Below, piece by piece: positions 1-8,700 of a DNA stretch of 64,000 nt. The position numbers and the translations under genes are program-made. Below the pieces are notes generated by a model. That model had not been told where the DNA came from and searched no databases. It saw nothing but the letters and a program-made list of their open reading frames with translations. Source of the DNA: the human T2T-CHM13v2.0 reference genome, Homo sapiens; NCBI RefSeq assembly GCF_009914755.1, contig NC_060927.1; one strand, 5' to 3'. The first letter of the stretch is position 1, and every line of letters begins with the position of its first letter.

Positions 1-154
1 TTGGCCTCATACTGCTAGAATTTTCCACTTGCAAATTCCACAAAAAGAATATTTCCAATCTGCTCTGTCTAAAGGAAGGTTCAACTCTGTGAGTTGAGTA
101 CACACACACAAAGAAGCTACTGAGAATTCTTTTGTCAAGAATTATAAGAAGAAA

Positions 155-171
155 TCCCGTTTCCAACCAAG
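155..171 (-). promoter_or_regulatory. Degenerate CENP-B box (TTCG>TTGG), fixed in most HOR copies
   Basis: Plus strand tcccgtttccaaccaag is minus strand CTTGGTTGGAAACGGGA, which breaks the nTTCGnnnnAnnCGGGn core. It recurs at 3049 and onward. Confidence 0.85.
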
Positions 172-495
172 GCCTCAAAGAGTTCCAAATATCCACTTGC
201 ACACTGCACAAACTAAGTCTTTCCATACTGCTCTATGCAAAGAAATGTTCAACTCTGTGAGTTTAATACACACATCACAAAGCAGTTTCTGAGAATGATA
301 CTGTCTAGTTTTTATACGAAGATATTTCCTTTTGTACCATTGGCCTCATACTGCTAGAATTTTCCACTTGCAAATTCCACAAAAAGAGTGTTTCCAATCC
401 GCTCTGTCTAAAGGAAGGTTCAACTCTCTGATTTGAATACATACATCCCAAAAGAAGTTACTGAGAATTCTTCTGTCTAGCATTATGTGAAGAAA

Positions 496-512
496 TCCCG
501 TTTCCAACGAAA
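496..512 (-). promoter_or_regulatory. CENP-B box (intact core); recurs every HOR
   Basis: tcccgtttccaacgaaa is TTTCGTTGGAAACGGGA on the minus strand. Confidence 0.92.
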
Positions 513-836
513 GCCTCAAAGAGGCCCAAATATCCAGTTGCAGCATTTACAAACTGACTGTTTCCAAACTCATCTATGAAAAGAAAGGTTAAACTCTGTG
601 AGTTGAATGCACATATCACAAAGTAGTTCCTGAGAATGATTCTGTCTAGTTTTTATACGAAGATATTTCCTTTTCCACCAATGGCCTCAAAGTGCTTGAA
701 ATCTCCCCTTGCAAATTCCACAGACAAGTGTCTCAAATCTGCACTGTCTAAAGGAAGGTTCAACTCTGTGAGTTGAATACACACACACAGAAAAAAATTC
801 ACTGAGAATTCTATTGTCTATCATTACACGAAGAAA

Positions 837-853
837 TCCCGTTTACTACGAAG
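837..853 (-). promoter_or_regulatory. Variant CENP-B box, 9-nt core retained; recurs every HOR
   Basis: tcccgtttactacgaag is CTTCGTAGTAAACGGGA. The two substitutions fall only at non-core positions. Confidence 0.8.
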
Positions 854-1175
854 GCCTCAAAGAGGTCCAAATATCCAGCTGCAGACATTACAAACTGAGT
901 GTTTCCAAAGTGCTCTATGAAAAGAAGTGTTAAACACTGTGAGTTCAATGCACACATCCCAAAGCAGTTTCTGAGAATGATTCCGTCTATTTTTTCTACG
1001 AAGATATTTCCTTTTCTGCCGTTGGCCTCAAAGCGCTTGAAATCTCCACTTGCAAATTCCACAAAAAGAGAGTTTCAAATCTGCTCTGTCTAAAGGAAGG
1101 TTCAACTCTGTGAGTTGAATACACACCACAAAAAGAAGTTACTGAGAATTCTTCTCTCTAGCATTATATGAAAAA

Positions 1176-1192
1176 TCCCGTTTCCAACGAAG
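1176..1192 (-). promoter_or_regulatory. CENP-B box (canonical); recurs every HOR
   Basis: tcccgtttccaacgaag is CTTCGTTGGAAACGGGA. Confidence 0.93.
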
Positions 1193-1513
1193 GCCACAAA
1201 GAGGTCCAAATATCCACTTGCAGATTCTGCAAAAAGAGTGTTTCCAAACTGCTCTATGAAAAGAAACGTTAAACTCTGTGAGTTGAACGCAAACATCACA
1301 AAGTAGTTTCTGAGAATGACTCCGTCTAGTTTTTATACGAAGATATTTCCTTTTCTACCATTCACTTCAAAGCGCTTGAAGTCTCCCCCTGAAAATTCCA
1401 CAAAAAGTGTTTCCAATCTGCTCCGCCTAAAGGAAGCTTCAACTCTGTGACTTGAATACCCACAACCCAAAGAAGTTACTGAGAATTCTTCTGTCTAGCA
1501 TTATATGAAGAAA

Positions 1514-1530
1514 TCCCGTTTCCAACGAAG
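1514..1530 (-). promoter_or_regulatory. CENP-B box (canonical); recurs every HOR
   Basis: tcccgtttccaacgaag, 338 bp after the previous box. Confidence 0.93.
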
Positions 1531-1852
1531 GCCTCAAATACATCCAAATATCCAGTTGCTGACTTTACAAACTGAGTGTTTCCAAACTGCTCTATGACAA
1601 GAAAGGTTAAACACTGTGAGTTGAACACACACGTACCAAAGTAGTTTCTGAGAATGATTCTGTCTAGTTTGCATACGAAGATATTTCCTTTTCTACCATT
1701 GGCCTCAAAGCTTTGAAATCTCCACTTGCAAATTCCACAAAAAGAGAGTTTCAACTCTGCTGTTTCTAAAGGAAAGTTCAACTCTGAGAGTTGAATACAC
1801 ACCAGAAAAAGCAGTTACTGAGAAGTCTTCTGTCTAGCATTATATGAAGAAA

Positions 1853-1869
1853 TCCCATTTCCAACGAAG
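1853..1869 (-). promoter_or_regulatory. Degenerate CENP-B box (CGGG>TGGG), fixed in the HOR
   Basis: tcccatttccaacgaag is CTTCGTTGGAAATGGGA, a CpG>TpG type change in the core. Confidence 0.85.
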
Positions 1870-2195
1870 ACTTCAAAGAGGTCCAAATATCCACTTGCAG
1901 ATTCTGCAAAAAGAGTGTTTCGAAACAAAACTGTATGAAAAGAAAGGTTAAACACTGTGAGTTGAACGCACACATTGCAAAGCAGTTTCTGAGAATGATT
2001 CCGTCTAATTATTATACGAAGGTATTTCCTTTTCTATCATTGGCCTCAAAGCGCTTGATACCTCCACCTGAAAATTCCACAAAAAGAGTGTTTCCAATCT
2101 ACTCTGTCTAAAGGAACGTTCAACTCTGTGAGTTGAATACACACACACAGAAAGAATTCACTGAGAATTCTTCTGTCTGGCATTACATGAAGAAA

Positions 2196-2212
2196 TCCCG
2201 TTTCCAACGAAG
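2196..2212 (-). promoter_or_regulatory. CENP-B box (canonical); recurs every HOR
   Basis: tcccgtttccaacgaag. Confidence 0.93.
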
Positions 2213-2709
2213 GCCTCAAAGAGGTCCAAATATCCACTTGCAGATTCTGCAAAAAGAGTGTTTCAAAACCGCTCCATTAAAAGGAATGTTGAACTCTGTG
2301 AGTTGAATGCAAACATCACAACTCAGTTTCTGAGAATGCTTCTGACTAGATTTTATGGTAAGATATTTCCTTTTCTACCGTAGGCTTCAATGCCCTGTAA
2401 ATACACCCTTGCAAATTCTACAAAGAGACTGTTTCATAACTGCTCTATAGGAGGAAAGGTTCAACTCTGTGAGTTAAATGCAGAGATCACAACGTGGTTT
2501 CTGCGAATGATTCTTTGTAGTTTTTACATGAAGATATTTCGTTGTCTACCGTAGGCTTCAAAGCACTCAAAGTATTCACTTGGAACTTTTACAAAAAGAG
2601 TGTTAGAAAACTGCTCTTTCCAAAGTAAGGTTCAACTCTGTGAGTTGAATGCACACATAACAAACAAGAAGTTTCTGAGAATTCTTCTGTCCTGGTTTAT
2701 ATGAAGAAA

Positions 2710-2726
2710 TCCCGTTTCCAACGAAG
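2710..2726 (-). promoter_or_regulatory. CENP-B box (canonical); follows the A-A step
   Basis: tcccgtttccaacgaag, 514 bp (3 monomers) after the box at 2196. Confidence 0.93.
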
Positions 2727-5700
2727 GCCTCAAAGACGTTTAAATATCCACTTGCAGACTTCACAAACAGAGTGTTTCCAAACTGCTCTATGAAAAGAAA
2801 GGGTAAACACTGTGAGTTGAACGCACACCTCACAAAGTAGTTTCTGAGAATGATACTGTCTAGTTTTTATACGAAGATATTTCCTTTTGTACCATTGGCC
2901 TCATACTGCTAGAATTTTCCACTTGCAAATTCCACAAAAAGAGTGTTTCCAATCTGCTCTGTCTAAAGGAAGGTTCAACTCTGTGAGTTGAGTACACACA
3001 CACAAAGAAGCTACTGAGAATTCTTTTGTCAAGAATTATAAGAAGAAATCCCGTTTCCAACCAAGGCCTCAAAGAGTTCCAAATATCCACTTGCACACTG
3101 CACAAACTAAGTCTTTCCATACTGCTCTATGCAAGGAAATGTTCAACTCTGTGAGTTTAATACACACATCACAAAGCAGTTTCTGAGAATGATACTGTCT
3201 AGTTTTTATACGAAGATATTTCCTTTTGTACCATTGGCCTCATACTGCTAGAATTTTCCACTTGCAAATTCCACAAAAAGAGTGTTTCCAATCCGCTCTG
3301 TCTAAAGGAAGGTTCAACTCTCTGATTTGAATACATACATCCCAAAAGAAGTTACTGAGAATTCTTCTGTCTAGCATTATGTGAAGAAATCCCGTTTCCA
3401 ACGAAAGCCTCAAAGAGGCCCAAATATCCAGTTGCAGCATTTACAAACTGACTGTTTCCAAACTCATCTATGAAAAGAAAGGTTAAACTCTGTGAGTTGA
3501 ATGCACATATCACAAAGTAGTTCCTGAGAATGATTCTGTCTAGTTTTTATACGAAGATATTTCCTTTTCCACCAATGGCCTCAAAGTGCTTGAAATCTCC
3601 CCTTGCAAATTCCACAGACAAGTGTCTCAAATCTGCACTGTCTAAAGGAAGGTTCAACCCTGTGAGTTGAATACACACACACAGAAAAAAATTCACTGAG
3701 AATTCTATTGTCTATCATTACACGAAGAAATCCCGTTTACTACGAAGGCCTCAAAGAGGTCCAAATATCCAGCTGCAGACATTACAAACTGAGTGTTTCC
3801 AAAGTGCTCTATGAAAAGAAGTGTTAAACACTGTGAGTTCAATGCACACATCCCAAAGCAGTTTCTGAGAATGATTCCGTCTATTTTTTCTACGAAGATA
3901 TTTCCTTTTCTACCGTTGGCCTCAAAGCGCTTGAAATCTCCACTTGCAAATTCCACAAAAAGAGAGTTTCAAATCTGCTCTGTCTAAAGGAAGGTTCAAC
4001 TCTGTGAGTTGAATACACACCACAAAAAGAAGTTACTGAGAATTCTTCTGTCTAGCATTATATGAAAAATCCCGTTTCCAACGAAGGCCACAAAGAGGTC
4101 CAAATATCCACTTGCAGATTCTGCAAAAAGAGTGTTTCCAAACTGCTCTATGAAAAGAAACGTTAAACTCTGTGAGTTGAACGCAAACATCACAAAGTAG
4201 TTTCTGAGAATGACTCCGTCTAGTTTTTATACGAAGATATTTCCTTTTCTACCATTCACTTCAAAGCGCTTGAAGTCTCCCCCTGAAAATTCCACAAAAA
4301 GTGTTTCCAATCTGCTCCGCCTAAAGGAAGCTTCAACTCTGTGAGTTGAATACCCACAACCCAAAGAAGTTACTGAGAATTCTTCTGTCTAGCACTATAT
4401 GAAGAAATCCCGTTTCCAACGAAGGCCTCAAATACATCCAAATATCCAGTTGCTGACTTTACAAACTGAGTGTTTCCAAACTGCTCTATGAAAAGAAAGG
4501 TTAAACACTGTGAGTTGAACACACACGTACCAAAGTAGTTTCTGAGAATGATTCTGTCTAGTTTGCATACGAAGATATTTCCTTTTCTACCATTGGCCTC
4601 AAAGCTTTGAAATCTCCACTTGCAAATTCCACAAAAAGAGAGTTTCAACTCTGCTGTTTCTAAAGGAAAGTTCAACTCTGAGAGTTGAATACACACCAGA
4701 AAAAGCAGTTACTGAGAAGTCTTCTGTCTAGCATTATATGAAGAAATCCCATTTCCAACGAAGACTTCAAAGAGGTCCAAATATCCACTTGCAGATTCTG
4801 CAAAAAGAGTGTTTCGAAACAACTGTATGAAAAGAAAGGTTAAACACTGTGAGTTGAACGCACACATTGCAAAGCAGTTTCTGAGAATGATTCCGTCTAA
4901 TTATTATACGAAGGTATTTCCTTTTCTATCATTGGCCTCAAAGCGCTTGATACCTCCACCTGAAAATTCCACAAAAAGAGTGTTTCCAATCTACTCTGTC
5001 TAAAGGAACGTTCAACTCTGTGAGTTGAATACACACACACAGAAAGAATTCACTGAGAATTCTTCTGTCTGGCATTACATGAAGAAATCCCGTTTCCAAC
5101 GAAGGCCTCAAAGAGGTCCAAATATCCACTTGCAGATTCTGCAAAAAGAGTGTTTCAAAACCGCTCCATTAAAAGGAATGTTGAACTCTGTGAGTTGAAT
5201 GCAAACATCACAACTCAGTTTCTGAGAATGCTTCTGACTAGATTTTATGGTAAGATATTTCCTTTTCCACCGTAGGCTTCAATGCCCTGTAAATACACCC
5301 TTGCAAATTCTACAAAGAGACTGCTTCATAACTGCTCTATAGGAGGAAAGGTTCAACTCTGTGAGTTGAATGCAGAGATCACAACGTGGTTTCTGCGAAT
5401 GATTCTTTGTAGTTTTTACATGAAGATATTTCGTTGTCTACCGTAGGCTTCAAAGCACTCAAAGTATTCACTTGGAACTTTTACAAAAAGAGTGTTAGAA
5501 AACTGCTCTTTCCAAGGTAAGGTTCAACTCTGTGAGTTGAATGCACACATAACAAACAAGAAGTTTCTGAGAATTCTTCTGTCCTGGTTTATATGAAGAA
5601 ATCACGTTTCCAACGAAGGCCTCAAAGACGTTTAAATATCCACTTGCAGACTTCACAAACAGAGTGTTTCCAAACTGCTCTATGAAAAGAAAGGGTAAAC

Positions 5701-8700
5701 ACTGTGAGTTGAACGCACACATCACAAAGTAGTTTCTGAGAATGATACTGTCTAGTTTTTATACGAAGATATTTCCTTTTGTACCATTGGCCTCATACTG
5801 CTAGAATTTTCCACTTGCAAATTCCACAAAAAGAGTGTTTCCAATCTGCTCTGTCTAAAGGAAGGTTCAACTCTGTGAGTTGAGTACACACACACAAAGA
5901 AGCTACTGAGAATTCTTTTGTCAAGAATTATAAGAAGAAATCCCGTTTCCAACCAAGGCCTCAAAGAGTTCCAAATATCCACTTGCACACTGCACAAACT
6001 AAGTCTTTCCAAACTGCTCTATGCAAAGAAATGTTCAACTCTGTGAGTTTAATACACACATCACAAAGCAGTTTCTGAGAATGATACTGTCTAGTTTTTA
6101 TACGAAGATATTTCCTTTTGTACCATTGGCCTCATACTGCTAGAATTTTCCACTTGCAAATTCCACAAAAAGAGTGTTTCCAATCCGCTCTGTCTAAAGG
6201 AAGGTTCAACTCTCTGATTTGAATACATACATCCCAAAAGAAGTTACTGAGAATTCTTCTGTCTAGCATTATGTGAAGAAATCCCGTTTCCAACGAAAGC
6301 CTCAAAGAGGCCCAAATATCCAGTTGCAGAATTTACAAACTGACTGTTTCCAAACTCATCTATGAAAAGAAAGGTTAAACTCTGTGAGTTGAATGCGCAT
6401 ATCACAAAGTAGTTCCTGAGAATGATTCTGTCTAGTTTTTATACGAAGATATTTCCTTTTCCACCAATGGCCTCAGAGTGCTTGAAATCTCCCCTTGCAA
6501 ATTCCACAGACAAGTGTTTCAAATCTGCACTGTCTAAAGGAAGGTTCAACCCTGTGAGTTGAATACACACACAGAGAAAAAAATTCACTGAGAATTCTAT
6601 TGTCTATCATTACACGAAGAAATCCCGTTTACTACGAAGGCCTCAAAGAGGTCCAAATATCCAGCTGCAGACATTACAAACTGAGTGTTTCCAAAGTGCT
6701 CTATGAAAAGAAGTGTTAAACACTGTGAGTTCAATGCACACATCCCAAAGCAGTTTCTGAGAATGATTCCGTCTATTTTTTCTACGAAGATATTTCCTTT
6801 TCTGCCGTTGGCCTCAAAGCGCTTGAAATCTCCACTTGCAAATTCCACAAAAAGAGAGTTTCAAATCTGCTCTGTCTAAAGGAAGGTTCAACTCTGTGAG
6901 TTGAATACACACCACAAAAAGAAGTTACTGAGAATTCTTCTGTCTAGCATTATATGAAAAATCCCGTTTCCAACGAAGGCCACAAAGAGGTCCAAATATC
7001 CACTTGCAGATTCTGCAAAAAGAGTGTTTCCAAACTGCTCTATGAAAAGAAACGTTAAACTCTGTGAGTTGAACGCAAACATCACAAAGTAGTTTCTGAG
7101 AATGACTCCGTCTAGTTTTTATACGAAGATATTTCCTTTTCTACCATTCACTTCAAAGCGCTTGAAGTCTCCCCCTGAAAATTCCACAAAAAGTGTTTCC
7201 AATCTGCTCCGCCTAAAGGAAGCTTCAACTCTGTGAGTTGAATACCCACAACCCAAAGAAGTTACTGAGAATTCTTCTGTCTAGCATTATATGAAGAAAT
7301 CCCGTTTCCAACGAAGGCCTCAAATACATCCAAATATCCAGTTGCTGACTTTACAAACTGAGTGTTTCCAAACTGCTCTATGAAAAGAAAGGTTAAACAC
7401 TGTGAGTTGAACACACACGTACCAAAGTAGTTTCTGAGAATGATTCTGTCTAGTTTGCATACGAAGATATTTCCTTTTCTACCATTGGCCTCAAAGCTTT
7501 GAAATCTCCACTTGCAAATTCCACAAAAAGAGAGTTTCAACTCTGCTGTTTCTAAAGGAAAGTTCAACTCTGAGAGTTGAATACACACCAGAAAAAGCAG
7601 TTACTGAGAAGTCTTCTGTCTAGCATTATATGAAGAAATCCCATTTCCAACGAAGACTTCAAAGAGGTCCAAATATCCACTTGCAGATTCTGCAAAAAGA
7701 GTGTTTCGAAACAACTGTATGAAAAGAAAGGTTAAACACTGTGAGTTGAACGCACACATTGCAGAGCAGTTTCTGAGAATGATTCCGTCTAATTATTATA
7801 CGAAGGTATTTCCTTTTCTATCATTGGCCTCAAAGCGCTTGATACCTCCACCTGAAAATTCCACAAAAAGAGTGTTTCCAATCTACTCTGTCTAAAGGAA
7901 CGTTCAACTCTGTGAGTTGAATACACACACACAGAAAGAATTCACTGAGAATTCTTCTGTCTGGCATTACATGAAGAAATCCCGTTTCCAACGAAGGCCT
8001 CAAAGAGGTCCAAATATCCACTTGCAGATTCTGCAAAAAGAGTGTTTCAAAACCGCTCCATTAAAAGGAATGTTGAACTCTGTGAGTTGAATGCAAACAT
8101 CACAACTCAGTTTCTGAGAATGCTTCTGACTAGATTTTATGGTAAGATATTTCCTTTTCTACCGTAGGCTTCAATGCCCTGTAAATACTCCCTTGCAAAT
8201 TCTACAAAGAGACTGTTTCATAACTGCTCTACAGGAGGAAAGGTTCAACTCTGTGAGTTGAATGCAGAGATCACAACGTGGTTTCTGCGAATGATTCTTT
8301 GTAGTTTTTATATGAAGATATTTCGTTGTCTACCGTAGGCTTCAAAGCACTCAAAGTATTCACTTGGAACTTTTACAAAAAGAGTGTTAGAAAACTGCTC
8401 TTTCCAAAGTAAGGTTCAACTCTGTGAGTTGAATGCACACATAACAAACAAGAAGTTTCTGAGAATTCTTCTGTCCTGGTTTATATGAAGAAATCCCGTT
8501 TCCAACGAAGGCCTCAAAGACGTTTAAATATCCACTTGCAGACTTCACAAACAGAGTGTTTCCAAACTGCTCTATGAAAAGAAAGGGTAAACACTGTGAG
8601 TTGAACGCACACCTCACAAAGTAGTTTCTGAGAATGATACTGTCTAGTTTTTATACGAAGATATTTCCTTTTCTACCATTGGCCTCATACTGCTAGAATT

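Larger units (their letters stand above)
1..2894 (-). repeat. Representative 17-mer HOR unit (arbitrary phase)
   Basis: Equivalent unit starts (ttggcctcatactgctag...aatctgctc) are at about 1, 2895, 5787, 8679, 11572, 14466, 17358, 20252, 24672, 27564, 30456, 33348, 36240, 39132, 42024, 44916, 47128, 50020, 52912, 55803, 58690 and 61578. Each full unit has 8 box-bearing (B-type) and 9 box-less (A-type) monomers. Confidence 0.93.

Noticed and set aside
777-797. (CA)n plus A-run microsatellite-like stretch
   Set aside because: It is a short intrinsic part of one monomer and essentially length-stable across HORs.
1101-1119. Hairpin-forming inverted repeat ttcaactc-tgt-gagttgaa in many monomers
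   Set aside because: This is a generic dyad of alpha satellite, not a terminator or a window-specific element.
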